Below, one piece after another: positions 19,336 through 27,284 of a stretch of 64,000 bases of DNA; position 1 is the first letter of the stretch, and each line of letters begins with the position of its first letter. The notes below the pieces were generated by a model, which was given only the letters and a program-made list of their open reading frames with translations, searched no databases and was not told the origin of the DNA. The translations under genes and the position numbers were made by a program. The stretch spans positions 29,713 through 93,712 of the forward strand of contig RFPP01000002.1 of the NCBI GenBank assembly GCA_009926065.1. Reading direction: 5' to 3'. Source of the DNA: Flavobacteriaceae bacterium. GTDB taxonomy: Bacteria > Bacteroidota > Bacteroidia > Flavobacteriales > Flavobacteriaceae.

Positions 19336-21534
19336 TTGAAAACCAACGTTTTTATTATCACCCCGCCGTTCACCCAACTGAACACCCCATATCCGGCTTC
19401 TGCCTATATTAAAGGTTTTCTAAATACGTTGAATGTTCCAACTTTTCAAGCTGATTTAGGAATTGAGGTGATTTTAGAATTGTTTTCCAAAGAAGGACTT
19501 ATAAATTTGTTCAAAGTTGAAAGTTTGAAGTTGAATCTTGATGAACTTTCAGACAATTCCTCTCGTATTTTAGCGCTACAAGACGAGTACATCAAAACGA
19601 TTGACAGTGTTATTTCTTTTTTGCAAGGAAAAAATCCAACTTTAGCATTGCAAATATGTCAAGGTGATTATTTGCCTGAAGCTTCCCGTTTTAATCAAAT
19701 TGAAGAAATGGATTGGGCTTTTGGAACCATGGGAACTCAAGACAAAGCCAAGCATTTGGCCACTTTATATTTAGAAGATATTTCAGATTATATTGTAGAA
19801 TGTATCGATGAAAATTTTGGATTCAGTCGTTATGCGGAACGTTTGGGCAGGAGCGCCAATTCCTTTGATGAATTGTATGATACTTTAAATCAACAAACTA
19901 CTTATATCGATACCATTTTAATTTCGATATTAAAATCGAAAATTGAAACCATTCAACCGGCATTATTCCTTATTTCTGTTCCATTTCCAGGAAATTTGTA
20001 TGCTGCTTTTCGATGTGCCCAATGGGTGAAAAAAAATCACCCTACTATTAAAATTTCAATGGGCGGTGGATTCCCAAATACTGAACTACGTTCGCTTTCC
20101 GATAAAAGAGTTTTTGAATTTTTCGATTTTATTACCCTTGACGATGGCGAATTACCACTAAAATTACTAATTGACAATTTAAATTTACAAGCTTCTGGGG
20201 AATATAAAAGAACTTTTCTTTTAGAAAATGGCAAAGTGGTTTACAAGAATAATACTTCAAAATCCGATTACAAACAAGCCGAGGTCGGAACTCCTGACTA
20301 TTCCGATTTACTTTTAGATAAATACATTTCTGTAATTGAAATTGTAAATCCAATGCATCGAATGTGGAGCGATGGACGTTGGAATAAACTAACCATGGCG
20401 CACGGTTGTTATTGGGGAAAATGTACTTTTTGTGATGTTTCACTGGATTATATAAAATTATACGAACCCGTTGCAGCCAATATTTTGTGCGATAGAATAG
20501 AACAGTTAATTGCTCAAACGGGACAAAACGGTTTTCACTTTGTTGACGAAGCCGCTCCTCCAGCATTAATGAGAGCGCTAGCTTTAGAAATATTACGGAG
20601 GAAAATAGATGTAACTTGGTGGACCAATATCCGATTTGAAAAGAGTTTTTCTAAAGAGCTATGTCAATTATTGAAAGCCTCTGGTTGTATTGCCGTTTCT
20701 GGCGGATTGGAAGTTGCCTCGGATAGATTATTGGCTCTTATTGATAAAGGAGTAACAGTTGAACAAGTTGCAAAAGTGACCCGAAATTTCACTGAAGCCG
20801 GAGTTATGGTTCATGCCTATTTAATGTATGGTTATCCAACGCAAACAGTTCAAGAAACCGTTGATAGTTTGGAAATGGTGCGTCAGTTATTTGAATCTGA
20901 TGTTATACAATCTGGATTTTGGCACCAATTTGCAATGACCGCCCATAGTCCCATTGGATTAAATCCAGAAAAATTTGGTGTTTTTAAAGATACAGAGGAA
21001 ATAGGAACCTTCGCCAATAATGATATTAATTTTGTTGATTCGACTGGTGTTGACCACAATCAATTTAGTTTTGGGTTAAAGAAATCACTTTACAATTTCA
21101 TGCACGGAATATGTTTTGATTATCCATTACAAGATTGGTTTGATTTTAAAATACCACCAACTACAATTTCAGAAGATTTCATTTATAATGCACTAACTGA
21201 AGAAACAGATTTATCTATCAAGCCGAATTCAAAGGTGATTTGGATAGGAGGAGAGCCACAAGTTGCTAATTTTGTTAAAACCAAAAAAGGAAATTCCTGG
21301 GAAATGAGCACATTGACATTTCACGATAAAAAGGAGTCTTATTCTGTACAATTGAATCGTGAAGAGGGGGATTGGTTAATTGAAACACTCAAGAAAGTTT
21401 CGATTTCAAATACTAAATTAAAGACACTTCAAGAAATTAAATCAGACTTTGAATCTCAATTTGAGAATTTTGAATTGTTTTGGTTTTCTAAGCCAATACT
21501 AACATTGAGAGATTACGGATTATTAATTGTCTAA
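19336..21534 (+). CDS. B12-binding-domain radical SAM protein
   Basis: TTG start; PPFTQLNTPYP N-terminus, GGGFPNTELR, CYWGKCTFC cluster motif, FVDEAAPP, SGGLEVAS, YLMYGYP. Confidence 0.88.
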   Translation: MKTNVFIITPPFTQLNTPYPASAYIKGFLNTLNVPTFQADLGIEVILELFSKEGLINLFKVESLKLNLDELSDNSSRILALQDEYIKTIDSVISFLQGKNPTLALQICQGDYLPEASRFNQIEEMDWAFGTMGTQDKAKHLATLYLEDISDYIVECIDENFGFSRYAERLGRSANSFDELYDTLNQQTTYIDTILISILKSKIETIQPALFLISVPFPGNLYAAFRCAQWVKKNHPTIKISMGGGFPNTELRSLSDKRVFEFFDFITLDDGELPLKLLIDNLNLQASGEYKRTFLLENGKVVYKNNTSKSDYKQAEVGTPDYSDLLLDKYISVIEIVNPMHRMWSDGRWNKLTMAHGCYWGKCTFCDVSLDYIKLYEPVAANILCDRIEQLIAQTGQNGFHFVDEAAPPALMRALALEILRRKIDVTWWTNIRFEKSFSKELCQLLKASGCIAVSGGLEVASDRLLALIDKGVTVEQVAKVTRNFTEAGVMVHAYLMYGYPTQTVQETVDSLEMVRQLFESDVIQSGFWHQFAMTAHSPIGLNPEKFGVFKDTEEIGTFANNDINFVDSTGVDHNQFSFGLKKSLYNFMHGICFDYPLQDWFDFKIPPTTISEDFIYNALTEETDLSIKPNSKVIWIGGEPQVANFVKTKKGNSWEMSTLTFHDKKESYSVQLNREEGDWLIETLKKVSISNTKLKTLQEIKSDFESQFENFELFWFSKPILTLRDYGLLIV

Positions 21535-21572
21535 TAATTAGATAATTGTTTTTTTTTATTGAAATATTATTC

Positions 21573-21580
21573 TATTTTTG
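21573..21580 (+). promoter_or_regulatory. Putative -7 box (TATTTTTG) for ankyrin-DOMON unit
   Basis: TAnnTTTG 18 nt upstream of ATG 21598. Confidence 0.5.
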
Positions 21581-21597
21581 AGACGCGATTCAATCCA

Positions 21598-22119
21598 ATG
21601 AAAAACTACTTTCAAATAGTCCTTTTGCTGCTTCTATGTACTTCTTTGAAAGGACAAGTTAAAAATGTATTCGATGTTGCTCGAAAAGGAACCTTATCAG
21701 AAATACAAAATATCTACAAACAAAATCCAGAACTTGTAAATGCTATTAATGATAATAAAGCTACGCCCTTAATTTTAGCTTGCTATAGAAATAATGAAGC
21801 CGTAGCATTATATTTATCAGATATAGTTTCAAACATAAATTACAATTCTGGCATGGGAACTGCATTGATGGCAGCAATTATGTCGGGAAATAAAGTAATT
21901 ATAGAGAAATTAATTTCAAAAAAAGCAGATTTAGATCAGCAAGATATTCAAGGAAAAACGGCATTAATCTATGCTGCTTTTAATAATAATTTTGAAGTTG
22001 CTCAGTTGCTTGTTAAAGCGGGTGCGAATTCTAAGCTTGCTGATAATGAAAAAAGAACCGCATTAGATTACGCAAAATTTAATAAGAATACCCAGTTAAT
22101 CATATTATTAGATAAATAA
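21598..22119 (+). CDS. Exported ankyrin-repeat protein
   Basis: ATG 21598 gives a Sec signal (MKNYFQIVLLLLLCTSLKG-Q); ankyrin repeats TPLILAC, TALMAAI, TALIYAA, TALDYA. Confidence 0.9.
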   Translation: MKNYFQIVLLLLLCTSLKGQVKNVFDVARKGTLSEIQNIYKQNPELVNAINDNKATPLILACYRNNEAVALYLSDIVSNINYNSGMGTALMAAIMSGNKVIIEKLISKKADLDQQDIQGKTALIYAAFNNNFEVAQLLVKAGANSKLADNEKRTALDYAKFNKNTQLIILLDK

Positions 22120-22144
22120 AACACAACCATTCAATTAAAAAATT

Positions 22145-22903
22145 ATGAAAAAACTTTACTTTGCAATTGCCTTATTAGTTGGGCTAAATGTCTCAATGGC
22201 ACAAACAAAATCCACTGGAGTTGTAAATTTAAATAGTTTAATGACTCTAAAAATTGATTTGAATTCAGCCACATCAACTGTTACAATAACACTAACTGGT
22301 CCATCCGACCGATGGTTTGGAATAGGATTTAATGCAACTTCAATGTTTAACGGTACGGATTGTATATACTATACAACCTCATTAGTAGATTCAGTTATAA
22401 CAGGCCAATCTTCACCCTCAACTGATACTACAAACGAATGGACTGTAGTTAGCGATAATATAATATCAGGCACAACAAGGTCTCTTGTAATTACTAGAAA
22501 TTTTGTTGGTGGAATAGGTGATTATACTTTTAATTATAATAATAATACTTTAAATATTATTTGGGCTTATGGATCAAGTGTAACAATGTCACAACATTCA
22601 GGCATAGGTAGAGGCTCGAGTAATTTAGGATTTACACTTGGGGTTCATGATTTCTCTTCTTTAGATAACATTACAATTGCTCCAAATCCTTCTAATGGTA
22701 TTTTCAAAATTACAAAAAATATTCAAACTTCCATTTCTAAAGTTACCGTATTTGATATCAATGGAAAGGTTCTAAAAGTGATTGATTCAGAATTAAGCTT
22801 AGATTCAATACAAATGAATTTATCAGATTTTTCTAAAGGGGTTTATTTTGTAGAAATCAGTAATGATATCGATAAAGTAGTTCGCAAAATAGTAATTGAT
22901 TAA
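22145..22903 (+). CDS. T9SS type-A cargo with DOMON-like domain
   Basis: Signal peptide; WFGIGFNATSM and IIWAYG...QH DOMON strands; C-terminal IAPNPSNGIF...FDINGK...LSDFSKGVYFVEI...RKIVID type-A CTD. Confidence 0.82.
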   Translation: MKKLYFAIALLVGLNVSMAQTKSTGVVNLNSLMTLKIDLNSATSTVTITLTGPSDRWFGIGFNATSMFNGTDCIYYTTSLVDSVITGQSSPSTDTTNEWTVVSDNIISGTTRSLVITRNFVGGIGDYTFNYNNNTLNIIWAYGSSVTMSQHSGIGRGSSNLGFTLGVHDFSSLDNITIAPNPSNGIFKITKNIQTSISKVTVFDINGKVLKVIDSELSLDSIQMNLSDFSKGVYFVEISNDIDKVVRKIVID

Positions 22904-22922
22904 TTCAATTTCTAAAATTTTT

Positions 22923-22956
22923 AAAAACTCTATTTTTTGAAATAGAGTTTTTTTTT
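22923..22956 (+). terminator. Rho-independent terminator after DOMON gene
   Basis: AAAAACTCTATTT / AAATAGAGTTTTT stem followed by a T-run. Confidence 0.75.
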
Positions 22957-23056
22957 GTCATTAATTCAGATTTATTAAGCATAATGAGGTTTCAACCTTA
23001 ATTATTTAATTATGAAAATCTTACCATTTTTAGACTGTTTATGATATTTATTTTAA

Positions 23057-23064
23057 TAAATTTG
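23057..23064 (+). promoter_or_regulatory. Putative -7 box (TAAATTTG) for OB-fold/DUF5777/cytochrome/YceI unit
   Basis: TAnnTTTG 23 nt upstream of ATG 23087. Confidence 0.5.
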
Positions 23065-23086
23065 AATAATATTAATTCAGCTAAGA

Positions 23087-23482
23087 ATGTCTAAGAAAAC
23101 AAAAATAATAGGATTTCTGATTGGAGTAGTTTTGCTAATATTAGTTACTTTAATTTATGTTTTTTATGGAGGTTCAAGAAATATAGCTACCGAAGAAGCT
23201 GAATTTATTATACCATCAAAAGTTATTACCGCTGAATTCACTGCTGATGTTGCTAAAGCTACACTTAACTATTCCGACAAAACTATTGCTGTTTCTGGAA
23301 AAGTAACTGCGGTTTCTGATAGTATTGTTACTATCGATAATACGATAATATGTAATTTTAATATTCCTGATAAAAGTATAAAAACAGATCAATCTGTTTC
23401 CATTAAAGGAAGATTGGTAGGTTATGATGACTTGATGGGTGAGTTAAAATTAGACCAATGTTCAATAAATAAAAACAATTAA
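23087..23482 (+). CDS. Membrane-anchored OB-fold protein (tRNA_anti-like family)
   Basis: N-terminal TM helix; KTIAVSGKV and VSIKGRLVGYDDL OB-fold strands; two Cys. Confidence 0.72.
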   Translation: MSKKTKIIGFLIGVVLLILVTLIYVFYGGSRNIATEEAEFIIPSKVITAEFTADVAKATLNYSDKTIAVSGKVTAVSDSIVTIDNTIICNFNIPDKSIKTDQSVSIKGRLVGYDDLMGELKLDQCSINKNN

Positions 23483-23483
23483 A

Positions 23484-24359
23484 ATGAAAATTAAGAACTT
23501 ATTGTCGATCATTCTAGTCTTTTGTGCTCTCGGTTCTACAAAGGCACAAGATGATTTATTAAACCAATTGGACGCTGGTGCACCAAAACAAGATAATATA
23601 GAAATAGCAGCATTCAAAGGCCTTCAAATTTGCAATATGCAATCCACAAAATTGCCAGGTAAAGGAGAATTTTATTTCATAGTTTCACATCGTTTTGGAG
23701 ATTTAGCACAAGGAATGGAGAATTTTTTCGGATTGGATAATGCTTATACTAAATTAGGAGGAATTTACGGAGTTTCTAATTGGTTTGCTATTAGCGCTTC
23801 ACGACATACTTTTCAAAAAACATTTGAATTGGCTACTAAATATAAAATAGCAAATCAGGAAGAAGAGGGATTTCCGCTTACCTTAGTAGGTTACAATACA
23901 ATGGATATCAATAGTGAATTGAAAAAGAATGATATAATGCCTGGATTACAATTCAATCACCGATTGGCATTTACAACTCAATTATTGGTTTCTAGAAAAT
24001 TCAATGATTCTTTTTCATTTGAAGTAGCTCCAATATACGTTCATAAAAATTTATATGATGGAATTTTAGATCAAAAATCGACCTTATTGTTGGGAACAGG
24101 AGCTAGATATAAAATTGCTAAGCGATTAAGCTTAAATTTAGAATATGCAGCTAGGTTAAATCTTCCAGAAGGATTTGTTTCAAATTATAGCAACCCACTA
24201 ACTTTAGGTTTAGATATTGAAACTGGTGGTCACGTATTCCAATTGGTATTCTCAAACAGTCAAGCTATGAATGACGTAGCTGTATTTACTAATGCAAATG
24301 GGCGTTGGGATGGCACTAAACAATTGTATTTTGGTTTTAATATGTACAGAGTTTTTTAA
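23484..24359 (+). CDS. Outer-membrane beta-barrel, DUF5777-like
   Basis: Signal peptide ending AQDDLL, SHRFG, GLDIETGGHVFQL, amphipathic strands, C-terminal YFGFNMYRVF with terminal Phe. Confidence 0.82.
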   Translation: MKIKNLLSIILVFCALGSTKAQDDLLNQLDAGAPKQDNIEIAAFKGLQICNMQSTKLPGKGEFYFIVSHRFGDLAQGMENFFGLDNAYTKLGGIYGVSNWFAISASRHTFQKTFELATKYKIANQEEEGFPLTLVGYNTMDINSELKKNDIMPGLQFNHRLAFTTQLLVSRKFNDSFSFEVAPIYVHKNLYDGILDQKSTLLLGTGARYKIAKRLSLNLEYAARLNLPEGFVSNYSNPLTLGLDIETGGHVFQLVFSNSQAMNDVAVFTNANGRWDGTKQLYFGFNMYRVF

Positions 24360-24370
24360 AATAAATTATT

Positions 24371-24712
24371 ATGAAAAATTTAAAATTATTTTTATTCGCA
24401 ATTAGCAGTTTGTTTATTGTTTCATGCGAATCTACAACCATTCAGGATATATCAGGTGTAGTTACTAATCCTACTTACAATTTGCATATAAAACCAGTAA
24501 TGACATCAAAATGTACAGGTTGTCATGCTGCAGGAGGTCAATTTCCAAATTTAACTTCCTATTCTGCAGTTAAAAATGCAACTCAAAATGGTGCTTTGTT
24601 GTGCAGGTTAGATGCCTCATGCGGTAACATTATGCCACAATCGGGGAGTTTGCCTCAAGCTACAATTACAATGATTAATACTTGGGCTACCAATAATTTC
24701 CCTGAAAATTAA
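24371..24712 (+). CDS. Monoheme c-type cytochrome lipoprotein
   Basis: Lipobox IVSC (Cys19), CTGCH heme motif (48-52), distal MP motif (Met88), extra Cys78/Cys84 pair. Confidence 0.85.
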   Translation: MKNLKLFLFAISSLFIVSCESTTIQDISGVVTNPTYNLHIKPVMTSKCTGCHAAGGQFPNLTSYSAVKNATQNGALLCRLDASCGNIMPQSGSLPQATITMINTWATNNFPEN

Positions 24713-24718
24713 ATTAAG

Positions 24719-25261
24719 ATGAAAAAAATAATCTTATTTACGTTATTATTAGTTGTAAACATAACTTTGGCGCAAAGATTGTTAACTCGTTCTGGGGAAA
24801 TTAAATTTGATGCATCTATGCCGAATTTAGTTGAAATTGCTGGAAAAAGCAACACTGTTTCAGCAATTTTAGATCTCCCAACTGGACAATTTGCAACAAG
24901 TGTGATAATTAAATCGATACGTTTCAAAATACCTTTAATGGAGGAACATTTTAATGAGAATTATATGGAATCTTCTAAATTTCCTAATTCTACATTTAAA
25001 GGAAAAGTTATAGGTTTTGATGCTACAAAATTATCTATTAATAAAGTTGCTTTTGATATTGAAGGCGATTTAACTATTCATGGAGTAACTAAGAAAGTAA
25101 AAACTAAAATCTATTTATCTTCAAATGGAAGTAAGGTTGCTGCAACAGGAAATTTTACGGTTCATGCACAAGATTATGGAATTGAAATTCCAAAACTTGT
25201 AAAAGATAAATTTGCTGAACAGATTAAAGTTAGCTTTAATTTCGATTTAGATTCAAAATAA
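24719..25261 (+). CDS. YceI family protein
   Basis: Signal peptide; LMEEHFNENYMESSKFPNSTFKG, GDLTIHGVTKKV, DYGIEIP. Confidence 0.9.
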   Translation: MKKIILFTLLLVVNITLAQRLLTRSGEIKFDASMPNLVEIAGKSNTVSAILDLPTGQFATSVIIKSIRFKIPLMEEHFNENYMESSKFPNSTFKGKVIGFDATKLSINKVAFDIEGDLTIHGVTKKVKTKIYLSSNGSKVAATGNFTVHAQDYGIEIPKLVKDKFAEQIKVSFNFDLDSK

Positions 25262-25269
25262 GATTTATT

Positions 25270-25298
25270 AAAAAAACCGCGATAATCGCGGTTTTTTT
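25270..25298. terminator. Bidirectional terminator
   Basis: AAAAAAACCGCGAT-A-ATCGCGGTTTTTTT perfect inverted repeat between convergent genes. Confidence 0.88.
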
Positions 25299-25304
25299 AA
25301 TACT

Positions 25305-25784
25305 CTATCTGTTTCTCCTAGAATAAGCTTCTTGTTGTTTTTTAGCATCTTCAGCAAGCAATTTGTATTTTGCTTTTTGATCTTTATTAAGTAAAATCAT
25401 AATATCAAGATCCATTTTTTCGGCAATTGCTTTAAGCTCATTTGCTTTTTCTTCATTTCCACCTTCTTCTTTTTTTATTATCGCATTTTGCTTTTTTATA
25501 TTTTCAGTGATAATATTAGAAATAGCAATAACCTGAAGTTCATCTAGTTTTAGTTGTTGGTTGAGTCTATCGACCACTTTTTTTACCGTTTCTTCAATTG
25601 CCGGTTCTTTTGGTTGAGATCTTTGAGGTTGCATATTGCGGTTTCCATTCATTCCACCATTCATTCCACCACCCATTCCACCACCCATTCCACCTTGGCC
25701 CATTCCGCCTTGGCCAAATTGAGCTGAAATAGATTGCATTGAAAATAGTAAAATTAAAGTGCAAATTATTTTAATTGATTTCAT
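25305..25784 (-). CDS. Exported helical protein with Gly/Met-rich repeat (Spy/CpxP-like hypothetical)
   Basis: Signal peptide, GQGGMGQGGMGGGMGGGMNGGMNG, then LKLDELQ and LNKDQKAKY helices. Confidence 0.7.
   Translation of the reverse strand: MKSIKIICTLILLFSMQSISAQFGQGGMGQGGMGGGMGGGMNGGMNGNRNMQPQRSQPKEPAIEETVKKVVDRLNQQLKLDELQVIAISNIITENIKKQNAIIKKEEGGNEEKANELKAIAEKMDLDIMILLNKDQKAKYKLLAEDAKKQQEAYSRRNR
25645..25715 (-). repeat. In-frame tandem repeats (12- and 15-nt units) encoding the G/M-rich tract
   Basis: TTCATTCCACCA x2, CCCATTCCACCA x2, CCCATTCCRCCTTGG x2 on the + strand. Confidence 0.8.
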
Positions 25785-25808
25785 ATCTAATCTTTATTAA
25801 ATTAATAA

Positions 25809-27110
25809 CTAAATAGGTTCGCCATATAAATCAAATTCGGTAGCTTCAGTAATTTTAATCATCACAAATTCACCAGTTTTTACATAGTGTTTTGAAGCAT
25901 CAATTAATACTTCGTTATCCACATCTGGACTGTCAAATTCTGTTCGTCCTACAAAATGACCGCCTTCTTTTCTGTCAATAATACATTTGAATACCTGACC
26001 AATTTTCTCTTGGTTTAAATCCCAAGAAATTTGCGATTGCAGTTCCATAATTTCTTCCGCTCTCGCTTGTTTTACTTCACTAGGAACATCATCTTCTAAT
26101 AGGTAAGCATGTGTATTTTCTTCATGTGAATAGGCAAAACATCCCATTCTATCAAATTTCATTTCTTGAACAAAGTCTTTCAAAATTTCAAAATCTTCCT
26201 GAGTTTCTCCTGGATAACCCACAATTAAAGTAGTTCTAATTGCCATTCCAGGAACTGCAGCTCTAAAATCTTTCAATAATTGCGTGGTTTTTTCTCTCGT
26301 TGTCCCACGGCGCATCGATTTCAATATAGAATCAGAAATATGCTGAAGAGGAATATCAATATAGTTACAAATTTTTGGTTCGCGCTTCATGATTTCCAAA
26401 ACGTCCATTGGAAAACCTGTTGGAAAAGCATAATGCAAACGAATCCATTCTATCCCTTCCACTTTAACTAAAGCCTCTAATAATTCACCTAAATTACGTT
26501 TTTTGTATATATCAAGTCCGTAATAAGTTAAATCTTGAGCGATTAATATCAATTCCTTTACGCCATTTTTAGCCAAACCTTCTGCTTCTTTTACCAATTT
26601 CTCAATAGTTTGAGAAACGTGTTTTCCTCGCATAATTGGAATTGCACAAAAACTACAAGGGCGGTCACAACCTTCTGCTATTTTTAAATAAGCATAATTT
26701 TTTGGTGTAGTCGTCAAGCGTTCCCCTAATAATTCATGTTTGTAATCGGCACCTAAAGCTTTCAATAAACCAGGCAATTCTGTAGTACCAAAATACTGAT
26801 CTACATCTGGAATTTCTTTTTCTAAATCTGGTCGGTATCTTTCAGATAAACAACCTGTAACAAAGACTTTATCTACAATTCCACGTGATTTTTTATCAGC
26901 ATATTCAAGGATGGTATTCACCGATTCTGCTTTGGCATTATCAATAAAACCACAAGTATTTATAACCACTATATTTCCCTCCTCCTCATGAACAACGTCT
27001 TTTCCACTGGCACGCAATTGCCCCATTAAAACCTCACTGTCGTAAACATTTTTGGAACACCCAAGGGTAATCACATTGATTTTATTCTTTTTTAACGATT
27101 TCGTTCTCAT
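25809..27110 (-). CDS. rimO: Ribosomal protein S12 methylthiotransferase RimO
   Basis: TLGCSKNVYDSE, INTCGFI, KIAEGCDRPCSFCAIP, C-terminal TRAM domain GRTEFDSPDVDN. Confidence 0.96.
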   Translation of the reverse strand: MRTKSLKKNKINVITLGCSKNVYDSEVLMGQLRASGKDVVHEEEGNIVVINTCGFIDNAKAESVNTILEYADKKSRGIVDKVFVTGCLSERYRPDLEKEIPDVDQYFGTTELPGLLKALGADYKHELLGERLTTTPKNYAYLKIAEGCDRPCSFCAIPIMRGKHVSQTIEKLVKEAEGLAKNGVKELILIAQDLTYYGLDIYKKRNLGELLEALVKVEGIEWIRLHYAFPTGFPMDVLEIMKREPKICNYIDIPLQHISDSILKSMRRGTTREKTTQLLKDFRAAVPGMAIRTTLIVGYPGETQEDFEILKDFVQEMKFDRMGCFAYSHEENTHAYLLEDDVPSEVKQARAEEIMELQSQISWDLNQEKIGQVFKCIIDRKEGGHFVGRTEFDSPDVDNEVLIDASKHYVKTGEFVMIKITEATEFDLYGEPI

Positions 27111-27142
27111 ATATTGTAAATCCTCAACTAATTTGAAGTCAG

Positions 27143-27150
27143 CAAAATTA
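27143..27150 (-). promoter_or_regulatory. Putative -7 box (TAATTTTG) for rimO
   Basis: CAAAATTA on the + strand, 33 nt upstream of the ATG; lies between repeat copy B and rimO. Confidence 0.5.
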
Positions 27151-27188
27151 CACTATTTATTTCTAGGAGCATAAAGTTGGTTGGTTTT

Positions 27189-27256
27189 TATGACGTTATT
27201 TCCCGCTATTCGCTATATCCACGCAAACACGTGGGATATCGCTACTATTGGGGCTA
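27189..27256 (-). ncRNA. Structured intergenic repeat, copy B (probable Flavo-1 family)
   Basis: Reverse complement TAGCCCCAATAGTAGCGATATCC(C)ACG-TGTTTG-CGTGGATATAGCGAATAGCGGGAAATAACGTCATA; shortest and most diverged copy. Confidence 0.65.
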
Positions 27257-27284
27257 ATTATTACGTTATTTATTCAATAAAATA

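Noticed and set aside
18635-20566. Minus-strand ORFs at 18635, 20037 and 20132
   Set aside because: Antisense within the hydrolase and radical SAM genes.
22987-22998. AGGTT-TC-AACCT palindrome upstream of the OB-fold operon as an operator
   Set aside because: Only 5-bp arms and no second copy found upstream of the ankyrin unit; indistinguishable from chance.
24709-24927. 72-aa minus-strand ORF
   Set aside because: Antisense to yceI.
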